Source: Thraustochytrium aureum (taxonomy: Eukaryota). From it: a stretch of DNA of 47,512 nt. Below the pieces are notes generated by a model that saw nothing but the letters and a program-made list of their open reading frames with translations, was not told where the DNA came from and made no database searches. The stretch spans positions 1 through 47,512 of the forward strand of contig BLSG01000006.1 of the NCBI GenBank assembly GCA_012862495.1, given 5' to 3'. The position numbers and the translations under genes were made by a program. Positions 1 through 10,760 of the stretch are shown here, piece by piece (positions within the stretch are counted from its first letter, which is position 1; every line of letters starts with the position of its first letter).

Positions 1-520
1 AAAACAAACATACGATACAACATCCATTCAGCACAGAGGCCTTCCAAGGTGCATTCACGAAAAAACACACGTAGTCGATTCGCTTGTTCAGTTGGCGCGG
101 CCGCACTTTGCGAAAGCCCCACGGTGTTCCACGTGTTTTTTAATCCATGTGGTTGGTGTCTATTAAAAAAAGTACCTACTCCGAGTCGTAAATTGAAAAA
201 GCAATTGCTGCACCAAGCAAATTGCTGTAGAGCGATGAGTAAGGCACTCTACTACCTACAGCAGCATCAGCAAGTCTTAAAACAACAGAGCGAAGGTGGC
301 CTACGGCGCCACGCCTTGATTGGAGTGCCCCAGCTCAGGATTGAGATTAATTCCTCGCCTGCTCGTGCAACTCCGAGCACTCGCGACAGGGACACGCCGA
401 CTGTTCGCCTGAACCGGGGTGAGCGCCCTAACCTGGAAGAAGTGCCCGGTGGGAGCGCCCGCTCTGGGATACGGTCGAGATTTCTTTTGAGTGGGCGTGG
501 GCTGACGGGCGAGGTCAGCT

Positions 521-1654
521 ATGTTGAATTGGAACAAACGATGGGCCCCGGTGCCCCTGGCCATCGTCGTCTTGATGATGCTCTTTCGCTTCAACAGCAA
601 TTTGATCCAAACGTCGAACCAAGAAGAACTCGATCAAAGTCCTGAACACTGGATGCTGCGCCTAGCCTCAAGTGCTGTTGCCTCGAGGTTAGGTCCTTGC
701 AAGACTGATCCATCTCCAGAGATCGAGACTTTGCTACAGAACTTTTCGGAATACATGGAGGAACAGCACCAGCCGCACGAGCAGATGCAGAACAGCACCA
801 GTAGCTCCGAGGTTTTGGTGGCTTGGATGGCACACTATCTGGACGATTGTGGCTACGCACGGCTTGAGCATCTCGTGCGGACCACCAGATCGATGGCAAA
901 ACCTCCGCAAGTTTGGCTTCTTCATGATCATAGAGGTATGAAGGACAAGCAACGACGACTTCGCAGTATCACCCTAGCGGCGTCTATTCCTGGTCTCAAC
1001 ACTCGTCAAATAAGCAATCGTCCGTTGCCTCCCTTTGATTCAACAAGGTCGGCGAGCTCGAAATCGAGCCTTTTGCGCTTGGCGGTGGAACAGAACAGTT
1101 CATTCGCGTGGCACATCGAGTCTGACACATTTTTTACGGGGGACTGGGCAAAGTTCTTCCAGGTAAACGACAATAGTGGAAGCAACGCCTCGGTCGGTGT
1201 TGCTGACGTTCGGGCCACCATGGAGTTCAAAACAGACTTGCGTTGGTGGGCACGCAAACCTTGCGAAATCCTTATTGGGAGTGATCAAGCCATCGTGAGT
1301 TGTTCCGCATATGCCCCGATTTTGGTGCAGTGGGCAATCATTGGAGTTTCCCAGCGGTTCGCTGCCTCCCTCTTGGATTACCTCGAAGCGGACCGGTATA
1401 AATGCCACCACCCCCCCAGCGGTCACCACGAAGCGTTCACCGCAAGCGCCGCCCGGAAGCACAACTACACAATGGCCAATTTGACCCATGTCGGCCTCGT
1501 CGTGGCTGCTGATTGGGGCAGATACATCATACGAGAGAACTGCACTCTAGAGCAGTTAAACCCCTCTCCAGACAGGCTTTACCATCCTGTGAAATGCCAG
1601 GCGTACAGCACACCGGAGCGTTTGGCCTTCTTGAAGTCACAAATGCAATTGTGA
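521..1654 (+). CDS. Type II membrane protein, putative glycosyltransferase-like (DUF3405-like)
   Basis: 377-aa ATG ORF with an N-terminal hydrophobic anchor (VPLAIVVLMMLF), WHIESDTFFTGDW motif, GHHEAF and C-terminal LYHPVK. Family assignment is from recalled motif resemblance only. Confidence 0.5.
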   Translation: MLNWNKRWAPVPLAIVVLMMLFRFNSNLIQTSNQEELDQSPEHWMLRLASSAVASRLGPCKTDPSPEIETLLQNFSEYMEEQHQPHEQMQNSTSSSEVLVAWMAHYLDDCGYARLEHLVRTTRSMAKPPQVWLLHDHRGMKDKQRRLRSITLAASIPGLNTRQISNRPLPPFDSTRSASSKSSLLRLAVEQNSSFAWHIESDTFFTGDWAKFFQVNDNSGSNASVGVADVRATMEFKTDLRWWARKPCEILIGSDQAIVSCSAYAPILVQWAIIGVSQRFAASLLDYLEADRYKCHHPPSGHHEAFTASAARKHNYTMANLTHVGLVVAADWGRYIIRENCTLEQLNPSPDRLYHPVKCQAYSTPERLAFLKSQMQL

Positions 1655-1698
1655 ATCCGTTTGGCCTTCTTGAAGCCACATATGCAGCTGTGAATCCG
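1619..1698 (+). repeat. 39-bp tandem duplication spanning the stop codon of the upstream gene
   Basis: cgtttggccttcttgaagtcacaaatgcaattgtgaatc (1619-1657) followed by cgtttggccttcttgaagccacatatgcagctgtgaatc (1658-1696). Confidence 0.9.
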
Positions 1699-2648
1699 AA
1701 GGGGTTCCCTGGCCTGTTGCGACTTNNNNNNNNNNNNNNNNNNNNNNNNNNNNNNNNNNNNNNNNNNNNNNNNNNNNNNNNNNNNNNNNNNNNNNNNNNN
1801 NNNNNNNNNNNNNNNNNNNNNNNNNNNNNNNNNNNNNNNNNNNNNNNNNNNNNNNNNNNNNNNNNNNNNNNNNNNNNNNNNNNNNNNNNNNNNNNNNNNN
1901 NNNNNNNNNNNNNNNNNNNNNNNNNNNNNNNNNNNNNNNNNNNNNNNNNNNNNNNNNNNNNNNNNNNNNNNNNNNNNNNNNNNNNNNNNNNNNNNNNNNN
2001 NNNNNNNNNNNNNNNNNNNNNNNNNNNNNNNNNNNNNNNNNNNNNNNNNNNNNNNNNNNNNNNNNNNNNNNNNNNNNNNNNNNNNNNNNNNNNNNNNNNN
2101 NNNNNNNNNNNNNNNNNNNNNNNNNNNNNNNNNNNNNNNNNNNNNNNNNNNNNNNNNNNNNNNNNNNNNNNNNNNNNNNNNNNNNNNNNNNNNNNNNNNN
2201 NNNNNNNNNNNNNNNNNNNNNNNNNNNNNNNNNNNNNNNNNNNNNNNNNNNNNNNNNNNNNNNNNNNNNNNNNNNNNNNNNNNNNNNNNNNNNNNNNNNN
2301 NNNNNNNNNNNNNNNNNNNNNNNNNNNNNNNNNNNNNNNNNNNNNNNNNNNNNNNNNNNNNNNNNNNNNNNNNNNNNNNNNNNNNNNNNNNNNNNNNNNN
2401 NNNNNNNNNNNNNNNNNNNNNNNNNNNNNNNNNNNNNNNNNNNNNNNNNNNNNNNNNNNNNNNNNNNNNNNNNNNNNNNNNNNNNNNNNNNNNNNNNNNN
2501 NNNNNNNNNNNNNNNNNNNNNNNNNGTTGAGGCCAAGGTTGCTGAGATCTCGATCAAGACAGACTAGCTTCGCAAGGATACGGTCGTCCTTCAGCAGGTG
2601 AGGGTCGAGATTGAGTACGCCGAGCCAAACCTTAGCTTCGATCCGACG

Positions 2649-4238
2649 ATGCAGCCAACAAGGCTGGTGGGCTTCTTTGCAGCTGCGTTATTTCTCGCAT
2701 TGCTTTGGACATTTTGGGCGTGGGCGTACCTCTCGAACGGTGATTTCGCGTCAAACGTATTTCAGAAGGAACTGGCGTCGGCCCCAGAGCTGGACGCCAA
2801 CGGAACGGTGCAAAGTGAATTCAAAAACTTTTTGCAGCAGCTTCAGGAGCATCAAGATCAGCTCGAGAAGCTTCAGGAGAATCAGGGACAACTCCAGCAT
2901 TTTCTCAAGGACCAGCGGAAGCAGATTCAGCACCTTGTGCAGGAGCTTCATAAATCAGCAGATGGACAACATGTGTATGTCTCCGATCCATTCACATCCC
3001 GCCCTCACTGGCCACTTGGGCTCGCGAAGCCCGCATTCAAAATTTTTGTGTACATGGACGATGAGTTCAGGTACGGGCAACGGGTGCTCGCTGGGGAGTG
3101 CGGACGGAAACTGGAAGACAAAACTCGCGACTTCTACCTTGGGTACAAACACTCAAATGACCTGCATTTCTGCCTTTCGGTTTCGTCGCCACGCTTTGCC
3201 GCTCAGAATCCTGATATGATCACGGACAATCCCCTTGAGGCAGATATACTGGTTGTGCCTTTTCCCTTCTCGACGGTGCTTATGATGGCGAAAGCTGGCA
3301 TGGACGGTTCTTGTGGTTTGCAAACTCAACGTGAAATTCTTGCACGAGTCGAGAGCACCCTTTTGGGAAAACCGCATTTCAACGCTACGATGAAGAAGCA
3401 CTTTTACATTTTGGCGCACTTCGATCGTGTACCTTCAGGTTTGCCGAAAAAGCTTCACAATGCGATGCGTCGTGGTATTGGGGCTTCATACGAAGGCGGA
3501 GATCGTCCAGTCAAGTTTCGTTGCGCAGTTCCGCCACCACATGCCCCAATCCGATGCCCTTTGGTCACGACTGAACGCGATCTCACGAGTGTATGGGCAC
3601 TCAATGAAGCTTTCTCTGTTAGCCACTCTTTAACCTTCATGTTTCGAGGCCAGATCGACAAAAGATTGGCATACCAACACCGTGGAGAACTGTGCAAAGC
3701 GATGAAAGAATTGTACATCAATTCGAATGATACAAGTGCATGCAACTCTACATGCGTGTCTTCTTCACGGCCCCAAGAGTCTATTTTCCCAATGTGCGAG
3801 CAAGACTCGCAGTGCCAAGTCGCGTGCACTGTACAAGCATCTTCTTCGGAATACTGCAGCACCATCTTCAAGACGAAATTCAACATGTTCGAGGCAGGAG
3901 ATACGCCCCTAAGCACGCGGCTCTTTGACTCGTTGCGCTATGGGTCTATTCCTGTCCGACTCGACAACCGAGCGTTTGTGGACCGGCTACTTCCGCTTGC
4001 TCCTTGGGACGACCTTGTCATTCAACAGCCTGATACGAGTTTATCTCTGGTGAGGAAACTTGGGGTTGTCAGCTCTATGGCCCCTGAGGAGTTGAATCGT
4101 CGTCGGCGGGCAATGTGGCAATATTCAGCTGTTATGGACTGGCACGCATTCGATGGCATTCCTGCGTCAAAATTTCTTCTTCTCAACGCGTATACCAAAT
4201 GTATGCAGCCGCAACCCACGGCATCTCTCGGTCAATAG
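2649..4238 (+). CDS. Exostosin-family (GT47) glycosyltransferase
   Basis: ATG 2649, then a signal anchor, a Q/L coiled-coil stem, FKIFVY, 'TDNPLEADILVVPF', 'FMFRGQ' and 'AGDTPLSTRLFDSLRYGSIPV', the typical GT47 GD..S.RLFD...G.IPV motif. Confidence 0.8.
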   Translation: MQPTRLVGFFAAALFLALLWTFWAWAYLSNGDFASNVFQKELASAPELDANGTVQSEFKNFLQQLQEHQDQLEKLQENQGQLQHFLKDQRKQIQHLVQELHKSADGQHVYVSDPFTSRPHWPLGLAKPAFKIFVYMDDEFRYGQRVLAGECGRKLEDKTRDFYLGYKHSNDLHFCLSVSSPRFAAQNPDMITDNPLEADILVVPFPFSTVLMMAKAGMDGSCGLQTQREILARVESTLLGKPHFNATMKKHFYILAHFDRVPSGLPKKLHNAMRRGIGASYEGGDRPVKFRCAVPPPHAPIRCPLVTTERDLTSVWALNEAFSVSHSLTFMFRGQIDKRLAYQHRGELCKAMKELYINSNDTSACNSTCVSSSRPQESIFPMCEQDSQCQVACTVQASSSEYCSTIFKTKFNMFEAGDTPLSTRLFDSLRYGSIPVRLDNRAFVDRLLPLAPWDDLVIQQPDTSLSLVRKLGVVSSMAPEELNRRRRAMWQYSAVMDWHAFDGIPASKFLLLNAYTKCMQPQPTASLGQ

Positions 4239-5429
4239 TCGATGATACTGTTTTACGTGAATGCACCTTGGAAGACCACTTCACTCTCTATACCNNNNNN
4301 NNNNNNNNNNNNNNNNNNNNNNNNNNNNNNNNNNNNNNNNNNNNNNNNNNNNNNNNNNNNNNNNNNNNNNNNNNNNNNNNNNNNNNNNNNNNNNNNNNNN
4401 NNNNNNNNNNNNNNNNNNNNNNNNNNNNNNNNNNNNNNNNNNNNNNNNNNNNNNNNNNNNNNNNNNNNNNNNNNNNNNNNNNNNNNNNNNNNNNNNNNNN
4501 NNNNNNNNNNNNNNNNNNNNNNNNNNNNNNNNNNNNNNNNNNNNNNNNNNNNNNNNNNNNNNNNNNNNNNNNNNNNNNNNNNNNNNNNNNNNNNNNNNNN
4601 NNNNNNNNNNNNNNNNNNNNNNNNNNNNNNNNNNNNNNNNNNNNNNNNNNNNNNNNNNNNNNNNNNNNNNNNNNNNNNNNNNNNNNNNNNNNNNNNNNNN
4701 NNNNNNNNNNNNNNNNNNNNNNNNNNNNNNNNNNNNNNNNNNNNNNNNNNNNNNNNNNNNNNNNNNNNNNNNNNNNNNNNNNNNNNNNNNNNNNNNNNNN
4801 NNNNNNNNNNNNNNNNNNNNNNNNNNNNNNNNNNNNNNNNNNNNNNNNNNNNNNNNNNNNNNNNNNNNNNNNNNNNNNNNNNNNNNNNNNNNNNNNNNNN
4901 NNNNNNNNNNNNNNNNNNNNNNNNNNNNNNNNNNNNNNNNNNNNNNNNNNNNNNNNNNNNNNNNNNNNNNNNNNNNNNNNNNNNNNNNNNNNNNNNNNNN
5001 NNNNNNNNNNNNNNNNNNNNNNNNNNNNNNNNNNNNNNNNNNNNNNNNNNNNNNNNNNNNNNNNNNNNNNNNNNNNNNNNNNNNNNNNNNNNNNNNNNNN
5101 NNNNNNNNNNNNNNNNNNNNNNNNNNNNNNNNNNNNNNNNNNNNNNNNNNNNNNNNNNNNNNNNNNNNNNNNNNNNNNNNNNNNNNNNNNNNNNNNNNNN
5201 NNNNNNNNNNNNNNNNNNNNNNNNNNNNNNNNNNNNNNNNNNNNNNNNNNNNNNNNNNNNNNNNNNNNNNNNNNNNNNNNNNNNNNNNNNNAGGAACGCG
5301 GTGTGTTCGCTAAGTTCTGAGGAACGCGGTGTGCGTTTTAGGGGAACGCATTTTGCGGGCGACTGAGCAGGCAGGCGGACGCGCAGGCAGTGCCGCATTG
5401 TCGCGGTGGAGCGAGGGCAGGGAAAGGCC

Positions 5430-5657
5430 ATGGAGGAGGTGCGGTTCGTGGAGAGCAAGGAGGTGTCCGTGGAGCACGCGGCCAAGGCCCTGCGCAAGTT
5501 TATCCGATCGAGACCGGAGACCCGCGACGCGGAAGGGCTGTTCACGATGAAGACCAGCGCGGCCCTGGAGGACGCCGGCGCGCTCAGCTCCAACAAGGTC
5601 ATCCAGCTGCAGTTCATCTCGGTCGCGCTGCAGTCAGCGCAAGGTGGGGAGAGGTAG
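5430..5657 (+). CDS. Small hypothetical protein (75 aa), weak resemblance to RNA polymerase I subunit A14
   Basis: GCCATGG start context and strongly GC3-biased codons; two predicted amphipathic helices (VSVEHAAKALRKFI; NKVIQLQFISVAL). Confidence 0.5.
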   Translation: MEEVRFVESKEVSVEHAAKALRKFIRSRPETRDAEGLFTMKTSAALEDAGALSSNKVIQLQFISVALQSAQGGER

Positions 5658-5777
5658 ACGAGGCGCGATGCGTCTGCTGAGGGGCGGACGCCGCGACGGC
5701 CGCTTCGGCTCCGCCGCTCCTCCACAGAACAGGTTCAACTTTTTTGATCGGGAGAGTCACCGGCCGCGTTGACGCCA

Positions 5778-5805
5778 TCCGTCCGTCCGTCCGTCCGTCC
5801 GTCCG
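5778..5805. repeat. (TCCG)7 microsatellite
   Basis: Read directly; lies between convergent 3' ends. Confidence 0.9.
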
Positions 5806-5921
5806 AATGATTGAAAAACAGACAGGCAAACGTGCAAACAACAACAAACAAACACATACAGTTTTCGGCACTTCGCACCTGACAAACGGCGCACCCTAGC
5901 AGCCCCTCCTCGGGGACTTCG

Positions 5922-6933
5922 CTAAAAGATGTCCTCATCCGGGTGCACGGCGAGCGAGCGCGACGAGACCTGGCCAGGAAGGAAGCCGCGCACCACCGGG
6001 CTATGCACAGACTTGGCGCGCAGCTTGCCCGACCGCGCTCGTTCGCGCTGCTTGGCTTGGTCTGTAGCCGAGGCAACGCTCGTCGCGCTGATGTACCGCT
6101 TCTCCATCTTGCGCGTCTTGTCGTGGTCCTCGCCAAATATCTTCGAATAGATCCCCGTAGCGCGCTCAAAGCACTCGGCGGCCCCGACGTGGTCGCCGCG
6201 CGCCATGCGCGCGCGGCCCAGCTGGAACAGCGACATGGCCACATCCGGGTGCTCCTCGCCCAACAACGACAGGTTGGTCGCCAAGACCTTCTCGCGCAGC
6301 TCGTCGGCCTCGGCCTGCTCTGCGGAGCCCGCGCCAGGCAGCTTCGACAGCACGTAGGCCAGAAAGCTCTGCGCCTCGGCTTCCGCACTCGAACCGTTCG
6401 GCAGCGCACGCGCGGCCCGCCGCAGGCTATCGACCGCCTCCTCCCAGCGCTCGAGCTTCATATACGTTGGCCCCATCTGCGTCAACACGCGAGCCACGTC
6501 CTCGTGGTCTTCGGTGCCGTGCAGCGCCGCGTACAAGCCCCGAGCCTCGGTAAAGCGCTCCAGGGCGCCCAAAAAGTCGCGCTGCCAGTACAGGCAGTTT
6601 CCCTGCATGAACGTGTCCCGAGCCACGGCCGCGCGCAAGGCGGCCGCCTCGCTCCCGGGCGCTGTCGGGCCGCCCTCCATCGCCAGCAGCGCCTTGTCAA
6701 TGCTCAGCGCCTCCTTGAACAGCTCCAGCGCCTCGTGGAGGTCGGCGCTCTCGAACGACATCGCCTGGTCGCCCAGCAGTCGCCCAAAGTTGACCAACAC
6801 CGTGGCAAACTCGGCCGAATTCGTCATGGCGCGCCTGCGCCGCTCGACGATCAGCCGCGCGCTGTCCAGCAGCCACGACCGCAGCTGCTGCGACACTGTC
6901 AGGTTGAGGGCCTGCGAACCGCCATAGGTCTTT
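5922..6933 (-). CDS. Tetratricopeptide-repeat protein (TPR_12 / kinesin-light-chain-like), 5' end probably in gap 6934-7450
   Basis: Repeated 'HEDVARVLTQMG', 'LLGEEHPDVAMSLFQLG' and 'IFGEDHDKT' TPR_10/12 units; frame is open into the gap. Confidence 0.8.
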
Positions 6934-7458
6934 NNNNNNNNNNNNNNNNNNNNNNNNNNNNNNNNNNNNNNNNNNNNNNNNNNNNNNNNNNNNNNNNNNN
7001 NNNNNNNNNNNNNNNNNNNNNNNNNNNNNNNNNNNNNNNNNNNNNNNNNNNNNNNNNNNNNNNNNNNNNNNNNNNNNNNNNNNNNNNNNNNNNNNNNNNN
7101 NNNNNNNNNNNNNNNNNNNNNNNNNNNNNNNNNNNNNNNNNNNNNNNNNNNNNNNNNNNNNNNNNNNNNNNNNNNNNNNNNNNNNNNNNNNNNNNNNNNN
7201 NNNNNNNNNNNNNNNNNNNNNNNNNNNNNNNNNNNNNNNNNNNNNNNNNNNNNNNNNNNNNNNNNNNNNNNNNNNNNNNNNNNNNNNNNNNNNNNNNNNN
7301 NNNNNNNNNNNNNNNNNNNNNNNNNNNNNNNNNNNNNNNNNNNNNNNNNNNNNNNNNNNNNNNNNNNNNNNNNNNNNNNNNNNNNNNNNNNNNNNNNNNN
7401 NNNNNNNNNNNNNNNNNNNNNNNNNNNNNNNNNNNNNNNNNNNNNNNNNNTTCGGGGT

Positions 7459-7650
7459 CTGCTGGTGCTCTGGTGGTGTCCTGCGCGTCCTGCGTGTCCT
7501 GCTGGTGCTGGCTGTTCTTTGTGCCTGCGCGTGTCCTGCTGGTGCCTGCTGCTGGTGCTGCGCTGGCCTGCTGGTGCTGCTGGTGCTTGTGCTGGTGCTG
7601 GTCCTGCTTCTGCTGCTGGTGCTGCTGGTCTTCGTGCGCTGCTGGTCCTC
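7459..7650. repeat. Low-complexity (GCT/GGT)n-rich tract
   Basis: Degenerate gctggtgct / gtcctgc repeats adjacent to an assembly gap. Confidence 0.7.
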
Positions 7651-7853
7651 CAGCGCGCTCCGCAGCGCGACAAAACACACGACCGACCGCCACCCGCGCT
7701 CCGCGTCGCGAGCTAACGGGCTTCTGGCCGCGCTCCGCCGAGACAGTCAGACCGCGTGGCACCACGACGCGGCGTGTGAGCCTTTGATTGTGAGGCTCCA
7801 TCGCCACTGCAGGTTGGCTGTCGTGCTCGGGTTTGGGGGCTGTAGTTCCCGAG

Positions 7854-8492
7854 ATGGAGGTGGCGGCCGACGACATGAACTGCCCGCTGTGCCTGGACGT
7901 CGTGCTCGAACCGACGCGGCTCGAACCGTGCGGACATGTGTTCTGCGCTGGCTGCATCAGCGGACTCGGTCCCAGCGAGGGCCAGGTTTTATGCCCGCTG
8001 TGCAGGCAAGGCGTTGCTGCTGCTATGCTTGACGTGGCTAGACGCGAGTTGATGCAGCGCACGAGCGCGGCGTGCGAAGGATGCAAGGCGACGGTCAAGT
8101 TGGACAAAATGCGGGACCATCGCACATCGTGCGAGATGTTTGCCGCCGTAGAGGCGGGGAGGATCGGCCAAACGAAAAGGGAGACGGCAGTTCCAACAGC
8201 CAATCGCAGCACGTTTGCTTGCCCGTTTCCTGGCTGCCTGCTGACCAACATGGAGCACAAAGGACTCATACAGCACCTGGACCGGGAGCACGCGGGCTTG
8301 AGCTGCGCTGCGGTTTGTCCCATCTGCGCGAGCATGCCCTGGGGCGACGCCAACTATGTGAGTGGCGACGTGGTGGGTCACATCAAGCTGCGGCACCGCT
8401 TCGAGTACAACGAGTACGTGGACTACGGCGCCGCGGAAGACGAGGCCGCCGTGCTTGCCGCGGTGCTTCAACAATCTATGGAGCAAATGTAG
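7854..8492 (+). CDS. RNF114/RNF138/RNF166-like E3 ubiquitin ligase (RING + C2HC + Di19-type zinc fingers + UIM-like tail)
   Basis: CPLC..PCGHVFCAGC..CPLC RING; CEGC..H..SC; 'NRSTFACPFPGC', 'VCPICASMPWGD', 'HIKLRHRFEY'; terminal 'EAAVLAAVLQQSM'. Confidence 0.9.
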   Translation: MEVAADDMNCPLCLDVVLEPTRLEPCGHVFCAGCISGLGPSEGQVLCPLCRQGVAAAMLDVARRELMQRTSAACEGCKATVKLDKMRDHRTSCEMFAAVEAGRIGQTKRETAVPTANRSTFACPFPGCLLTNMEHKGLIQHLDREHAGLSCAAVCPICASMPWGDANYVSGDVVGHIKLRHRFEYNEYVDYGAAEDEAAVLAAVLQQSMEQM

Positions 8493-8906
8493 GAAGAAGA
8501 TTACGCGCCAACCGCTGTTCTCGCCCATCTGCAGGCCCACCTGCTGGGCGCTGTTCAGAATAGCATTCTTGCTTTTCAACGAGAGGCTTCTGCTCAACTC
8601 ATTCGAAAGCTGCAGGCGTTGCTGTCGTGGCGCAGCCGTTGTAGTTACTGCATAGGTCTAGCAAGAGGTTGCTTGTTGGTCGAAAACTCTGGATCCCGAC
8701 CCTCACAAGCCCAAGCAGCGGCGGTCGCGAGCGCAAGGCAGGGTCGACTGCCAGCGTACTCGTTGACAAGCGCAGCGCAGCCTCAACGACAAACCTCTCG
8801 AGGCTAGAAAATACCACTCAGAGGGACCCAGCCTCGTCGCCGTCGCTCGGGCCCTGCATCCGGCTTGCTTGATCGCCGCCTCTAGCTAGGCTAGCGACGA
8901 CAAGAC

Positions 8907-10760
8907 TTACTCGTGCTGCACCGCAGGCCCGTTCTTGCTGTGAGTGTTTGCCACCGTTGCCTCAATCGCCGAAGATGCAGCAGTCAGCCGATTAAACGAC
9001 GCGACAGTGATCATTTTCGCAGTCGCCTGGAGCGTGACGCGCGACTCGACAAGAAAGTTCATGGTCGTTAGCGAGTGCGGGTCGATAATCCGGTGCGTGA
9101 CGCTTTTTGCCAAGAAAACGATGCACGTCAGCAAAATGCCGCTCAGAGTGGACGCCGGGGTGAATTGAATCCCCGCAAAGGCAACAGCCTTGTCGGCGAT
9201 AGGGAAGGCGCCGACAAGGAGGCACGCAATGTGCGTGGTGAGAACCACAACTGCAGCTGAATGCGTAATCCGCACCAAAGACTGCATCTTTGGGTGCCAA
9301 GCATCTGTGAGGCTGAACGCCAGTGCGTTTGGCAACTGGAAGAACACGTCCACCCAAACGTGGGCCTCCCCCGCCAGCATGCCGAGAGTTAGCATGTACG
9401 AGGCAAACAGGAGAACAGCATACACGCTCTCAACCTCACGAAAAGAGCGCCGGCTAAGCTGAACGTTGCTCAGCAAATGCATGGCAGTTGTTGATATCGC
9501 GCAGATCCCCGTCACGATGCCGTCCAAGTACCAAATCGAGTCGTGCCCGGCCAGACGAAGCAAGAAAAGGAGATGGCTCACGATGTTCAATGGCGGGACC
9601 AACACCCGAAACGGCATCGTTTTGCACAGCGCAAAGACTTGGTGTCCACCGCGTTCGCCAAGCAAAGCTCGTGCGATTGTATCTCTTGGATTGATCTCAA
9701 GCACGGACTCTTGGACTGGACGCGCGATACGAATTGTGCCAGGAGTAGATTTGAGACGACGCATTTTGCGGCAACCCGGTTTCGAATCAGTTGTTGAACT
9801 TTTTCGTCGTGAGAGGATCTCTTGGTCGCACTGCTCGAGCAGTTGCGTGGTCTTCAAGTGTCGCTTCGAGAGAGCCCTTGCCAAAAGAGGGCTTGCTCGC
9901 CTAAGCCGCGTGCGCGAGGTTAGAAGGGAAAAGCAGTTTGGGTGCGTGTACGCTCTGCGGAAAATTGTGAGCAGGGTCATTGTGATGTTGCACGACGCCC
10001 CGAAAAACCGACCTTTCATGAAGCTTGCGTCCACCTCGCCGTGTCGGAGGTCTTCCAAGGCCGCTCTGAGTATCACAGTAGAGACGACTAGATGCGAACA
10101 AGACGCGGAAATGAAAAGGAATTGGTGGGCCCGACGAGCCAAAGACCTTGGAATGATGTCGGCAGAAATCGAACCGAGGAATACCGCCAGGTATATCGTG
10201 TGGCCGCAGTCAAAGAGGAGACCAGAGACTATCTCCCGAGACGACATCCACAGGAGTACACCATTGACTGCACCGAATTGGAAGGAAAACTGGCGCACAA
10301 GGTGCTGAAGAACGATCGGGTTGCAGAGCAGGAGAAGCGACACGACAGTCGGCAAATAGCCAACTGAGGCTATTGCAAGTTTTTCATCCCTCCTTGCCAA
10401 GGCTAGAGGCCATAGTACGAGCGCAGAAAAGAAGGGAATCGCGAGGAAACTAAATCCCAAGGGTCGACGAAGAAACGCAAAGAGTGCTCTGGACACCCGA
10501 GGGCCGCACAAACGCCTGCATAGCGTATCTTTGCTGTCGTAGTAGAAGGCCTCAAGTTCGGGCGTGAGCACGTACACCCAGTCTAGTTTCGCGTTGGCCC
10601 CGTTCGTTGGCTCGCCATCTCCGGAAGCCTCCTCACGAATGAGACCCTCCACGAACGCTAGGGTCGTTCGCCGCACAGGTGTCTCACTGGGCGTCGGGTT
10701 GTAGACGTTGCGCTCTGGCAACGCTATCGTATGTGCGGGATGCACAGCTGCAGAGGCCAT
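8907..10760 (-). CDS. Multi-pass membrane protein of unknown function with two internally repeated halves
   Basis: 617-aa ORF from ATG 10760; two hydrophobic blocks, each preceded by similar motifs (DTLCRRLCGPR / DTIARALLGER) and ending HPNCF / DPHSL. Confidence 0.75.
   Translation of the reverse strand: MASAAVHPAHTIALPERNVYNPTPSETPVRRTTLAFVEGLIREEASGDGEPTNGANAKLDWVYVLTPELEAFYYDSKDTLCRRLCGPRVSRALFAFLRRPLGFSFLAIPFFSALVLWPLALARRDEKLAIASVGYLPTVVSLLLLCNPIVLQHLVRQFSFQFGAVNGVLLWMSSREIVSGLLFDCGHTIYLAVFLGSISADIIPRSLARRAHQFLFISASCSHLVVSTVILRAALEDLRHGEVDASFMKGRFFGASCNITMTLLTIFRRAYTHPNCFSLLTSRTRLRRASPLLARALSKRHLKTTQLLEQCDQEILSRRKSSTTDSKPGCRKMRRLKSTPGTIRIARPVQESVLEINPRDTIARALLGERGGHQVFALCKTMPFRVLVPPLNIVSHLLFLLRLAGHDSIWYLDGIVTGICAISTTAMHLLSNVQLSRRSFREVESVYAVLLFASYMLTLGMLAGEAHVWVDVFFQLPNALAFSLTDAWHPKMQSLVRITHSAAVVVLTTHIACLLVGAFPIADKAVAFAGIQFTPASTLSGILLTCIVFLAKSVTHRIIDPHSLTTMNFLVESRVTLQATAKMITVASFNRLTAASSAIEATVANTHSKNGPAVQHE

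Noticed and set aside
49..645. 198-aa ORF overlapping the first gene
   Set aside because: Non-ATG start, no motif, and overlaps a better-supported ORF
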